Counted from the first letter of the stretch, positions 8,823 to 17,494 are shown. The stretch is 32,000 nt of DNA from Haloferax volcanii DS2 (GCF_000025685.1 NC_013967.1:570001-602000), one strand, 5' to 3'. Notes: generated from the letters alone by a model not told the origin. Numbers and translations are program-made.

Positions 8823-8987
8823 AGCCAGCCGTCTCGCGACGACTTACTCTATCCTCCGTCGGTGTGGTAGGTTCCGACATAGTAGTTGAACACATTTGTC
8901 GATGAAGGGATAAAAGAGATGGTTCCGACAGAAATTGGTGTCTCTCCGGGGACCGCGCTGGACGAGCGTTGCTTCGAGACCGTCGAG

Positions 8988-9335
8988 TCACTCCGCAATC
9001 TCGACCAGGTCGCCGGGTTCGACGCCGTCGGCCGCGCCCGCGGGGAGTTCGACGACGGTGTCGGCCATCCCGAAGCCGATACCCGTCCACGCCGACAGCC
9101 GCTTTTTCTTCGTCACCTCGTCGCCGACGAGCCAGAGCGCGTCGATGTCGAACGGGACGAACACCATGTGGAGGCTGTGGCGGTCGGCGTCGTCGAACCG
9201 GAAGACGAGGGCGTAGTCGTCCGGGACGGAGCCGCGGAACATCAGCCCGCGCGCCTGCGAGAGAAACGAGTCGGCCGTCTCGACGTTCGACGCGAGGGTC
9301 GATTGGGCTCCGTTCTGTCGGTGAACGAGTCTCAC
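8988..9335 (-). CDS. DUF192 domain protein
   Basis: C-terminal part of track ORF 8988-10247, trimmed to GTG at 9335: (M)RLVHRQNGAQSTLASNVETADSFLSQARGLMFRGSVPDDYALVFRF...HMVFVPFDIDALWL. The GLMFR motif is typical of DUF192. Confidence 0.8.
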   Translation of the reverse strand: MRLVHRQNGAQSTLASNVETADSFLSQARGLMFRGSVPDDYALVFRFDDADRHSLHMVFVPFDIDALWLVGDEVTKKKRLSAWTGIGFGMADTVVELPAGAADGVEPGDLVEIAE

Positions 9336-9437
9336 GACGCCGGCTTCGACGGCGGGCGTGATGAATCCACCGCCGGGCCGTCGGTTCGTCCGCCGTTGAG
9401 AGCAACGTTTAGGCCCGCCCCGCCCCGAACGCGCCCC

Positions 9438-9980
9438 ATGGAGCGGACGCCGACAGGGACGCCCGTGGGAGTCGACGACCCCTACGACCACGCCGGCCGC
9501 TGCGACCACCTCACGAGCGACGCCGCGTGCCGCCTCGCCCGCGAGTACGCCGACCGCGACCCGGCGTTCGCCCGCGAGCGCGCCCGAGCGGACTACGACT
9601 GCGTCGCGGCCGCGGAGGGCTGTGACTTCCGCGACTGCCCGCACTACGCCTCGACGACGAGCGGCCGCGAGTGCGTCCGCTGCGGCCTCGAAGAGGTCCG
9701 CATGGCCCACGATTCGACCGCTCGCCCGCTCCTCGAAGCACACCACCTCTCGTACGGCGGCCGCGGCGGTGACGGCAGCGGCGACGGCGACGAACCATCC
9801 CACGAAATCACGGTCGCGCTGTGTCGGTGGTGTCACACGAAGGTCCACAAGTCGTTCGCCCGCATCGACGACGACGCCGCCCCGGACGTCGAAGCCATTG
9901 CCGAGCGGGAGGGCCGCCGGACGAAGGAACTCGACGAACTCGGGTTCCAGACGGCGCGGGACCGCGCCGGCGACGAGTGA
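9438..9980 (+). CDS. Cys/His-rich HNH nuclease-like protein
   Basis: Track ORF 8886-9980 trimmed to ATG 9438 (MERTPTGTPVG...). CVRCG...EAHHLSY...CRWCHTKVH forms an HNH/zinc-finger signature. There are extra N-terminal cysteines. The TATA-like CGTTTAGG lies about 28 nt upstream. Confidence 0.7.
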   Translation: MERTPTGTPVGVDDPYDHAGRCDHLTSDAACRLAREYADRDPAFARERARADYDCVAAAEGCDFRDCPHYASTTSGRECVRCGLEEVRMAHDSTARPLLEAHHLSYGGRGGDGSGDGDEPSHEITVALCRWCHTKVHKSFARIDDDAAPDVEAIAEREGRRTKELDELGFQTARDRAGDE

Positions 9981-10080
9981 GTCGCGACCCGACCGCCCCG
10001 ACGCGCCAATCTGATGCACGGATACGCGCATCTCGACCGTTCTTCGATTGACTTTTAGGCACGCTGGTCCAATCCGGGAC

Positions 10081-10632
10081 ATGACCCGCATCGTCGTCAT
10101 CGACAACCACGGGCAGTTCACCCACCTCGAACGGCGCGCGCTCCGCGACCTCGGCGTCGACACCGAACTCGTCGACAACGACACCGACCCCGCGGACATC
10201 GACGCGGACGGTATCGTCCTCTCCGGCGGCCCCGACATGGACCGCATCGGCCGCTGTCCCGACTACCTCGACCTCGACGTGCCCGTCTTGGGTATCTGTC
10301 TCGGCATGCAGATTCTCGCGGAAGAACTCGACGGCCGCGTCGGATCCGGCGACTACGGCGGCTACGCCGACGTGGACGTGGAAATCCTCGACGAGGACGA
10401 CCCCCTTATCGGCTCGCTCGCCCCCGAGACCCGCGTCTGGGCCAGCCACGCCGACGAGGTCAAGGAGGTCCCCGAGGGCTTCACCCACACCGCCACGAGC
10501 GACGTGTGTACCATCGAGGCCATGAGCGACGCCGACCGCGACCTCTACGGCGTCCAGTGGCATCCCGAGGTCGCCCACACCGCCGAGGGCGAGGAAGTGT
10601 TCGAGAACTTCATCGACATCTGCGAGCGGTAA
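10081..10632 (+). CDS. guaAa: GMP synthase (glutamine-hydrolysing) subunit A, class I amidotransferase
   Basis: MTRIVVIDNHGQFTHLERRALRDLGV..., catalytic GICLGMQ, and WHPEV. The TATA-like CTTTTAGG lies about 28 nt upstream of ATG 10081. Confidence 0.92.
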   Translation: MTRIVVIDNHGQFTHLERRALRDLGVDTELVDNDTDPADIDADGIVLSGGPDMDRIGRCPDYLDLDVPVLGICLGMQILAEELDGRVGSGDYGGYADVDVEILDEDDPLIGSLAPETRVWASHADEVKEVPEGFTHTATSDVCTIEAMSDADRDLYGVQWHPEVAHTAEGEEVFENFIDICER

Positions 10633-10808
10633 CCGGTAGCTGAGCGGTCGGTCGCCTTCGACCGCGACCGGGTGCTCCGCGACGACTGGCTTTTTGCTCC
10701 GTCGCCGCGGCGGGAAACCGCAATCCGGCGACACGATGAAGTCTCTCACAGTCGTTCCTCGGAAGCAAGCCGAGACATTTACCGGCCTCCGTTCTGTCTG
10801 TTCGAGAA

Positions 10809-12722
10809 ATGACCTCCACCCAGAGCGACCTCGCCGGGCTCTCGCGGTTCATCTTCCGCGCGCCCAGCTGGTACACGAGTCTCGGGTTCGCCCTGCTCGT
10901 CGCCGCGATGGCGGGTATCGGCGCGTTCGACTCCGGGGACCTCGCCGGCTCGTGGCGGGGCATCTTCTTCATCGGGAGAGACGCTTGGGAAGGCATCTTC
11001 TTCATCGGGATTCCGACCGTCGTCGCGGCGTTCGGTACCACCGGCGTCGACCGGTTCGTCGGCGGGAAGCTGACGCACAACCGCTCGTCGCTCCTCGCGC
11101 TCGCCGGCGAGGTGATTATCGTCACGTTCCTCACCGGGGCCGCCATCGTCTCCGTCTTCACGGGCCTCGGTCAGACGTTCATCTTCGACGCGCTCGTAAT
11201 CGCTCTCGCGTCGGTGTTCGCCTTCCGCCTGCTCATCGTGATGGCCGTCTCGCGGTCGTCGCTGCTCATCGCGGCGGTCCCGGCGAGCATCCAGACGCTC
11301 ACGTCAGCCGCGCTCCTGTTCGTTTACAGCGGTACGCTCCGATTCTTCGAGGTCGGCGGTCCCATCCTCGACGCCTATCTGATGCCGTATCTCGCCCGCC
11401 CCGACCGGGCACCGCCGGAGCTGTCGGCCATCGCGCTGAGCCACTTCCAGCTCCTCGCGATTACCTGCGTGATGTACGCCCTCGGGGTCTACGTCTTCCT
11501 CCGCATCATCGACCGGCCGTGGCGTCGCGGCCTCGGCGTGTCGGTCCTCGACTTCATCCGCGGCTTCATCGGCCACATCGCCGAGGGAACCCGCGAACTG
11601 GAGGACTTCTTCGAACAGCTCGGCCAGGAGGCAATCGTCCCCGTCACCGTGCTCTCGTTCGAACGCGACGACGGAACCGAGAAGGCCCGGTTCGTCCTGC
11701 CGATGATTCACCCCGGTCCGATGGGCGAAATCGGCGGCGGCAACTTCCCCGAGCGCGTCGCCCGCCGGGCGGAGGGGCTCGTGTTCCCGCCCCACGCGAC
11801 CGCGGGCCACGACTTCAACCTCGTGACCGAACGCGAGGTCGACGTGGTCCTCGACGCGGCCGACGACGCCTACGAGCGCATCGAGTACAGCCCCGACGTG
11901 ACCGAAAGCGTCCGCGTCCAGTCCGGCGACGCGAAGATGCTCGGCCAGCGCTTCGGTGACGACGCGCTGCTCGTCTCGACGTACGCCCCGCAGTTCGCCG
12001 ACGACGTGGAGTACGCGGTCGGCCTCTCGGCGTCCGCCGAGGCTCGCACCACGGGCCTGCGGGACGTGCTTCTCGTCGACGCCCACAACTGCAACAACGG
12101 GCTTCAGGGTCCCGACCTCGGCCACGTCACGCCGGGGAGCAAGCGCTCGTTCGACATGATTACCGCCGCCGGACTCGCGGGCGAAGAACTCTCCGCCTCG
12201 TCGCGCGGGTCGCTGTCGTTGGGAACGGCGTTCGACCCGACCGACTGGACGCCGCGGGAGGGTATCGGCCCGCTGGGCATCCGCGTGGCCGCGACGACCG
12301 TCGGCGACCAGACGACCGCGTACGTCCTCATCGACGGCAACAACATGGAACCGGGCCTGCGCGACCGCATCGTCGAGGGGCTGACGACTGGGCCGAACGC
12401 GAAAGCCGACGTGGCCGAGGTGATGACGACGGACACCCACATCGTCAACACCGTCGAGGCGGAAAATCAGGTCGGCGCGGCCATCGACCACGACGAACTC
12501 CGCGAGACCATCGACCGCCTCGTCGACGAGGCGCTCGCGGACACCGAACCGGTCGTCGCCGGCATGGCGACCGAGCGCGCCGAGGTGACCATCTTCGGCA
12601 ACGACCGCACCGAGACGCTCGCCAGCCACGCTAACGTCGTCGTCTCGATGGGCGGGGCGCTCGCGCTCGCGCTCATCCTCGCGGCGATGGCCGTCAGCCT
12701 GCTCGTGTTCTTCCTCGCGTAG
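10809..12722 (+). CDS. DUF2070 family membrane protein
   Basis: 637 aa. N-terminal polytopic membrane region, a large soluble domain (PMIHPGPMGEIGGGNFP, PHATAGHDFNL, DAHNCNN, TTDTH) and a C-terminal TM helix. This matches my memory of archaeal DUF2070/COG3356 proteins. Confidence 0.85.
   Translation: MTSTQSDLAGLSRFIFRAPSWYTSLGFALLVAAMAGIGAFDSGDLAGSWRGIFFIGRDAWEGIFFIGIPTVVAAFGTTGVDRFVGGKLTHNRSSLLALAGEVIIVTFLTGAAIVSVFTGLGQTFIFDALVIALASVFAFRLLIVMAVSRSSLLIAAVPASIQTLTSAALLFVYSGTLRFFEVGGPILDAYLMPYLARPDRAPPELSAIALSHFQLLAITCVMYALGVYVFLRIIDRPWRRGLGVSVLDFIRGFIGHIAEGTRELEDFFEQLGQEAIVPVTVLSFERDDGTEKARFVLPMIHPGPMGEIGGGNFPERVARRAEGLVFPPHATAGHDFNLVTEREVDVVLDAADDAYERIEYSPDVTESVRVQSGDAKMLGQRFGDDALLVSTYAPQFADDVEYAVGLSASAEARTTGLRDVLLVDAHNCNNGLQGPDLGHVTPGSKRSFDMITAAGLAGEELSASSRGSLSLGTAFDPTDWTPREGIGPLGIRVAATTVGDQTTAYVLIDGNNMEPGLRDRIVEGLTTGPNAKADVAEVMTTDTHIVNTVEAENQVGAAIDHDELRETIDRLVDEALADTEPVVAGMATERAEVTIFGNDRTETLASHANVVVSMGGALALALILAAMAVSLLVFFLA
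10959..11010 (+). repeat. In-frame partial tandem duplication (33-bp period) inside the DUF2070 gene
   Basis: GGCATCTTCTTCATCGGGA occurs at 10959-10977 and again at 10992-11010, giving W-R-GIFFIG-RDA-W-E-GIFFIG. Confidence 0.9.
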
Positions 12723-12742
12723 GCGACGCTGGCGGCGCGTCG
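12722..12742 (+). terminator. Perfect 8-bp GC hairpin immediately after the DUF2070 stop codon
   Basis: GGCGACGC-tggcg-GCGTCGCC, followed by a T-rich tract (GCTTTCCCCTCGTTCTCT). Lies in a convergent intergenic region. Confidence 0.3.
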
Positions 12743-12833
12743 CCGTCCGGCGCTCCCGCTTTCCCCTCGTTCTCTGCGGTTCCGGCGTCGCCACTCGCGA
12801 GTCGATTCCAGCGACGAGCAACTGCCCGCCGCA

Positions 12834-13040
12834 CTACTTCAGCGAGAGCGTCCGCGTCTCGATTGCGCCGCAACTCGGACAGACCCGCCGGTAGAACACG
12901 CTCGACCCGGTCGTCTTGGCCGACCACTCGCCGCCGTCGTCGGTGAAGCCACATTTCGAACAGGTGAGGTCAGCGTCGCTGTATCGCTCCCGCAACCGGT
13001 CCAACGCGGTCGTTCCTCTCGGCGTCCTTCCAATTGACAT
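12834..13040 (-). CDS. Small zinc-finger protein (CxxCG ... CPxCG type), 68 aa
   Basis: MSIGRTPRGTTALDRLRERYSDADLTCSKCGFTDDGGEWSAKTTGSSVFYRRVCPSCGAIETRTLSLK. Two CxxCG knuckles, typical of haloarchaeal small zinc-finger proteins. Confidence 0.65.
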   Translation of the reverse strand: MSIGRTPRGTTALDRLRERYSDADLTCSKCGFTDDGGEWSAKTTGSSVFYRRVCPSCGAIETRTLSLK

Positions 13041-13220
13041 ACGGTACCATACATTACTATCCTGTTTAATTGTGTCGGACGGCTCCGCACCGAATCGTGG
13101 TGATACTTGCGGAATGCGAAACCGATGTCCGACTCTCTCGTTCGGTTCGCGCGCCGGTCGGCACAGCGCCGCCGCTCACCGGACAACATCGAGTGCGGGG
13201 GGTGCCCGCGAGAACGTCCC

Positions 13221-13484
13221 TTACTCCTCGTCGGCGGCCGCGAACAGTTCGTCGACGGCCTCTTGGGCCGTCAGCGCCGCCTCCTCGGCGACCGCCTCCG
13301 CGTCGTCGGCGTCGTCGGCGTCGTCGGGCGCGTTGACGTACACGTCAACGTCGAGGACGCCGTCTTCGAACGTCACGGTGACGTCGAAGTCCTTGACGCG
13401 CGACTGCTTGAAGCGGGCGAAGATGAGGCCTTCAGCCGCCTCCGCGGCGGTTTCGACCACTTCTTCGTCCGTCGGCTGTGACAT
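13221..13484 (-). CDS. DUF3194-like small acidic protein (conserved neighbour of prefoldin beta)
   Basis: 87-aa acidic ORF that starts directly after the pfdB stop with no gap. The family assignment is from memory of archaeal annotations. Confidence 0.7.
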   Translation of the reverse strand: MSQPTDEEVVETAAEAAEGLIFARFKQSRVKDFDVTVTFEDGVLDVDVYVNAPDDADDADDAEAVAEEAALTAQEAVDELFAAADEE

Positions 13485-13868
13485 TTACGCGCCGCCGGGG
13501 CCCATCGGACCCGCGCCGCCCGCGCCGCCCTGAAGCATCTGCTGGAGCTCTTCTTGCAGGCTCTCGAACTTCTCCTGCACGCGCGTCTCCTGCTTCGTGA
13601 GCTGCTCGACGCGCACTTCGAGGCTCTCGACCTTCTCTTCGAGGTCGTCTTTGGCCGACTCGTAGTCGGTCTCGATGAGGAGTTCGCCGACTTCGCGGTA
13701 CATCTGCGAGTCGCCGTCGATCTCTTCGAGCGTCGTGAGCGCCGTCTGCGCCTCGTTGAGCGCGCTCTCGGAGGACTGCTTCTGCTCGGAGACGTTCTGG
13801 GCGGTCTCCTGAAGGTTCTGCAGTTCTTCGAGCTTCTCTTGGGCTTCCGGCGGTAGGCTTCCCTGCAT
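13485..13868 (-). CDS. pfdB: Prefoldin subunit beta
   Basis: Coiled-coil protein: [22 protein letters not shown]...[40 protein letters not shown]. Confidence 0.9.
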   Translation of the reverse strand: MQGSLPPEAQEKLEELQNLQETAQNVSEQKQSSESALNEAQTALTTLEEIDGDSQMYREVGELLIETDYESAKDDLEEKVESLEVRVEQLTKQETRVQEKFESLQEELQQMLQGGAGGAGPMGPGGA

Positions 13869-13911
13869 ACCCGAACCGACGGGACGCCGGCCCTAAAACA
13901 CCCGCGGTCTC

Positions 13912-14181
13912 CTACGCGGACTCCGACAGCGCGCTCCCCGCCGAAGCGACGCGCTCTGCGGTCTCTACGAGGCGTATCCACGAGTTCACGCCCGCGCGGA
14001 GCGCGACGAGGTCGTCGGCCTCGACGGTGACGACGACGGTCCGTCCCTCGCGGGCGACGTGCGCGCCGGACCGGGCGTCGTCTATCTCGCCTTCCTCGAC
14101 GGCGACGCTCCGCTCGACGACGCGCGCGCGCCGCTCGTCGGGGTAGTCGAATTCGAGCGAAGCGCTGTGCGCGGGGCGCAC
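13912..14181 (-). CDS. pcc1: KEOPS complex subunit Pcc1
   Basis: ASLEFDYPDERRARVVERSVAVE...VVVTVEADDLVALRAGVNSWIRLVETAE. Occupies the conserved position between rpoP and pfdB. GTG start 1 nt after the rpoP stop. Confidence 0.75.
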   Translation of the reverse strand: MRPAHSASLEFDYPDERRARVVERSVAVEEGEIDDARSGAHVAREGRTVVVTVEADDLVALRAGVNSWIRLVETAERVASAGSALSESA

Positions 14182-14182
14182 G

Positions 14183-14317
14183 CTACTCGACGGCGACTTC
14201 TTTGACGTTGGGCGACCGCTCTTTCAGCAGGACGCGGTGCCCGCAGTACGGACAGCGGACGCCACCGAACTCGTCCAGTTCGACATCGCGCTTGCACCGG
14301 GAACACTTGTAGCTCAT
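14183..14317 (-). CDS. rpoP: DNA-directed RNA polymerase subunit P (Rpo12)
   Basis: Own translation (below the ORF-track cutoff): [44 protein letters not shown]. Contains a CxxC...CxxC zinc ribbon. Confidence 0.85.
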   Translation of the reverse strand: MSYKCSRCKRDVELDEFGGVRCPYCGHRVLLKERSPNVKEVAVE

Positions 14318-14351
14318 TGTGAAGATGTAAAGCGTCGAGGCTACTTGTGGG

Positions 14352-14621
14352 TTATTCGTCCTCGCCGGTGAGCGCGGCGCGGATGGAACGACGGACCTGC
14401 TTGCCGGCGGGGGTCTGCGGGCGGTAGGTGCCGCCGGTGAAAATCTCGCCGGTCTCCTCGTTCTTCCAGACGCCGGTTTCGACGCGAGTGACGTCGTCGC
14501 CGTCGACTTTGGAGTTGCGCATCTCTGCTTCGATTTCCTTGACGCGGCGTCGAGCGACGCGGCCGTACCGAGCGCCGAAGCGCCCGGAACTACCGACGGA
14601 TCGTGCCTTCTTGTCGGCCAT
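14352..14621 (-). CDS. rpl37ae: 50S ribosomal protein L37Ae (eL43), variant without zinc-ribbon cysteines
   Basis: [25 protein letters not shown]...[24 protein letters not shown] matches Haloarcula L37Ae as I remember it. The protein contains no Cys at all. Confidence 0.9.
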   Translation of the reverse strand: MADKKARSVGSSGRFGARYGRVARRRVKEIEAEMRNSKVDGDDVTRVETGVWKNEETGEIFTGGTYRPQTPAGKQVRRSIRAALTGEDE

Positions 14622-14723
14622 AGTACCGCGAACTACCTCGCCGGTATGGATAAACCCTACGAGTCGTCTCGGGACCTGACGGGCCTAGACACCGCTTTGT
14701 CGCCGGCGCGCGTACGGGGGACC

Positions 14724-15749
14724 ATGACACAACACGTGGTGGTGGGTGCCGGTCCCGTCGGACTCGCGGTGATGGAACAGCTCCGAGAACGCGGGGCGGA
14801 CGTGGCCGCGGTGACGCGTCACGACCCCGACTTCCTCCCCGAGGGCGTCGAGAGCCGCCTCGCGGACGTGCTCTACCCCGACCGCGCCGTCGCCGCGTTC
14901 GCGGACGCGGACGTCGTCTATCACTGCGCCAAACCGCCGTACGACCAGTGGCCCGAACTGTTCCCCGACCTCACCCGCGGCATCGTCGCGGGAGTCGAAG
15001 CCGCCGGCGCGCGCTTCGTCGTCGCCGAGAACCTCTACATGTACGGCCCGGTGCAGGCTCGTCTCTCCGAGGACCTCCCGTACGCCGCCACCGGCCCGAA
15101 GGGCCAGACCAGAGCCGAGTGCGCCGACATCGTCCTCGACGCCCACGAGGCGGGTCGCATCGAGGCGACCATCGGCCGCGCCAGCGACTTCTTCGGCCCG
15201 CGCGTCCGCGAGTCGGTCGTCGGCGAGCAGGTGTTCGGGGCCGCCGTCGCCGGCAAGCGCGCGAAGGTGTTCGGCGACCCACGACTCGCCCACACCTACA
15301 CCTACGTCCCCGACTTCGCGCGGGCGCTCGTCCTCCTCGGTGAGCGCGACGAGGCGCTCGGCGAGGTCTGGCACGTCCCGAACCCCGAAACGGTCTCGAC
15401 GCGCCGCTTCGTCAACCTCGTCTACGAGGCCGCCGACGTCGACCCCGGCTTCCCGCACATCATCGCCGCCCCGGGGGTCGCGCTGACGCTCGGCGGCTAC
15501 CTGAGCGCGCCGCTGAACTACCTGAGCGCGCCGCTGAAGGTGCTCACGGAGATGCGCTACGCCTTCGAGGAGCCGTACGTCGTCCGCGACGCGAAGTTCC
15601 GCGAAACATTCGGCGACGCGGTCGAACCGACGCCGCTGGAGGACGCCACCGCCGAGACGGTCGCGTGGTTCGAATCACAGCGCGAGGCCGACGAGACGGA
15701 GCCGATTCACATCGAGACGGCCCCCGAGGGCGCGACCGAGTCGGCCTGA
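14724..15749 (+). CDS. NAD-dependent epimerase/dehydratase family (extended SDR) protein
   Basis: Track ORF 14646-15749 trimmed to ATG 14724. Rossmann motif VVVGAGPVGLAV and typical SDR length. Confidence 0.85.
   Translation: MTQHVVVGAGPVGLAVMEQLRERGADVAAVTRHDPDFLPEGVESRLADVLYPDRAVAAFADADVVYHCAKPPYDQWPELFPDLTRGIVAGVEAAGARFVVAENLYMYGPVQARLSEDLPYAATGPKGQTRAECADIVLDAHEAGRIEATIGRASDFFGPRVRESVVGEQVFGAAVAGKRAKVFGDPRLAHTYTYVPDFARALVLLGERDEALGEVWHVPNPETVSTRRFVNLVYEAADVDPGFPHIIAAPGVALTLGGYLSAPLNYLSAPLKVLTEMRYAFEEPYVVRDAKFRETFGDAVEPTPLEDATAETVAWFESQREADETEPIHIETAPEGATESA
15498..15539 (+). repeat. 21-bp in-frame tandem duplication inside the epimerase gene
   Basis: TACCTGAGCGCGCCGCTGAAC followed by TACCTGAGCGCGCCGCTGAAG (20/21 identical), giving YLSAPLN-YLSAPLK. 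Confidence 0.95.
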
Positions 15750-15787
15750 GTCGCCCACTCGATTCCGGCCTCGGCGCACTCACCCGC

Positions 15788-16513
15788 CTACTCGTCTTGG
15801 AGCCCGTCTTCGCGCAGCGCCTCGTTCAGGTCGTCGCGGACGCGCTCGCCCGTCTCGCGGTTCATCGCCGTCGTGACGATGCGGTTCTCTTGGACGCTCG
15901 ACCCGTCGCGGAGCAGGAGCCTGACGTTCCCGTTGCCGTCGGCGCGGGTGACCTTCGCCCGGAGGCCCGCCCGCGACCCGGTGCCGCCGGCGTCGATGGG
16001 GCCGGGGATGACCTTCTTGACGTGCGGATGGCCGGCGACGACGCCGATTGCTCGGCGGCCCCGTCGTCCGCCGATGAGCGTGCTGTGGCTCCCGCCCAAC
16101 TTCTCGGCGGGCGGGATATCGACGACCTCCAGCGTCCGCTCGCCGCGGGTGTCGAGGACGCGCTGGACGGGGTCGTCGTCGGAGACGCGGTAGAACTCGT
16201 GGTGGAGTTGCGCGCGCGTCTCGCGGAGCGGGGCGCGCTCGCCCGCGGCGTACACCGTTTCGGGTCGCTTGCGCCGAATCTCGTCGGCGACGAGGCCGGC
16301 GAAGTTCCGGAGTTGGACCACCTTCGTCTCGTCGTCCGACTCGGGTATCGTCGTGACCGTCGTCTCGCCGAGCACGTCTTCGTCGTCGAGGAACGTCAGC
16401 GTCGCGCGGTCGGCCGCGAAGACGGCCACGACGGCGTCGCAGTTGGCGGTGTTGCAGGTGAGACAGTAGTCTCCCGGCTTCTCTAATGGATTTCCACACC
16501 GCCGACAGTGCAT
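15788..16513 (-). CDS. Predicted metal-binding protein (DUF2103/COG4031-like)
   Basis: Track ORF 15788-16633 trimmed to ATG 16513: MHCRRCGNPLEKPGDYCLTCNTANCD... The family name is from memory. Confidence 0.75.
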   Translation of the reverse strand: MHCRRCGNPLEKPGDYCLTCNTANCDAVVAVFAADRATLTFLDDEDVLGETTVTTIPESDDETKVVQLRNFAGLVADEIRRKRPETVYAAGERAPLRETRAQLHHEFYRVSDDDPVQRVLDTRGERTLEVVDIPPAEKLGGSHSTLIGGRRGRRAIGVVAGHPHVKKVIPGPIDAGGTGSRAGLRAKVTRADGNGNVRLLLRDGSSVQENRIVTTAMNRETGERVRDDLNEALREDGLQDE

Positions 16514-16638
16514 ATCGACGTGTCGGTCGTGCGCGTACAAAAGGCCGTTTATGCGGGTCGAGATGGACGCGCCGCGACTCCCGCCGCGGACTCGCCCGGC
16601 GAAACATATTCGTCCCCGTGTCCGAGAGTCCACTCCGT

Positions 16639-17451
16639 ATGCGCCGCCGGGCCCTTCTCGCGTCGCTGTCGCCGCTCGCGCTCGCCGGTCTCGCCGGACT
16701 GGTTGCGCTCGCGCTCGACCCCGAGACGACCGCCCGTCTCGCCACGCAACTTGGCCAATCGGCGCTCGATACGGGCCGGGGTGTCGCCTCGTATCTCGGT
16801 CGGGCCGCGCCGCTTTCGACGGCGCTGTTCGCCGCCCTCGCGTGGGTCGCCGCCGGGGGCTTCCGCGCCTTCGTCGCCCACCGCGACCCCTCCGACACGC
16901 GGACGACCGCCGAACACGCGTTCGCGCTCGTCGCCTCGGCGACCGTCCCGCTCGTGGCCATCTTCGCCCGCGACCGGCTGGTCGTCGTCGCCGGCGTGGG
17001 CGTCGCGCTCCTCGCCGGCGCGGGAGCCGTCTTCGCCGGCCGCTCGAACGCCAGGGGCGTCGTCACCGGGTCGCTGTACGCGGTGGCTCCCGTCGTCGGC
17101 GGCGGCGTCGTCGCGTCCCTCGTCGCCGGCCCCGCGGTCGCCCGAACCGCCACGCTGGCGCTCCCGCTGGCCGTCGGCTACGCGCTCGGCGTCGCCAGCG
17201 CCCGCGGCCGGCTCCGCCTCGGCGCGGCGGTCTCGGCGCTCGCCTTCGCCGTCCCCGCGTGGACGTACTTCCCGCCGGCCGCGGAGGCTGCCGGCTTCGA
17301 CCCGGAGACCGTCGGTCTCGCTCTCGGCTTCGCGGTCGCCGCGGCGCTCCTCTCGCTTCCGTTCGCGGCCATCGGCTACGCGACCACGCGCACCGCGGAC
17401 GCCGAGCGACAGGCGGGAGCCAGCCCCGCCGCGAGCGCCGTAGAACAGTAG
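16639..17451 (+). CDS. Hypothetical polytopic membrane protein
   Basis: Track ORF 16486-17451 trimmed to ATG 16639 (MRRRALLASLSPLALAGLAGLVALAL...). Ala/Gly/Val-rich hydrophobic segments throughout. Confidence 0.6.
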   Translation: MRRRALLASLSPLALAGLAGLVALALDPETTARLATQLGQSALDTGRGVASYLGRAAPLSTALFAALAWVAAGGFRAFVAHRDPSDTRTTAEHAFALVASATVPLVAIFARDRLVVVAGVGVALLAGAGAVFAGRSNARGVVTGSLYAVAPVVGGGVVASLVAGPAVARTATLALPLAVGYALGVASARGRLRLGAAVSALAFAVPAWTYFPPAAEAAGFDPETVGLALGFAVAAALLSLPFAAIGYATTRTADAERQAGASPAASAVEQ

Positions 17452-17494
17452 ATTCGCGTCTCGGTTCGATTGTACGTTCGGTCTCGATTCGTCT

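Noticed and set aside
8886-9980. A 364-aa plus-strand ORF and a 419-aa minus-strand ORF (8988-10247), read as single large genes.
   Set aside because: Each is a chimera. Only the C-terminal 180 aa (HNH protein, from ATG 9438) and the C-terminal 115 aa (DUF192, from GTG 9335) look like real proteins. The remaining parts are antisense to each other's coding regions.
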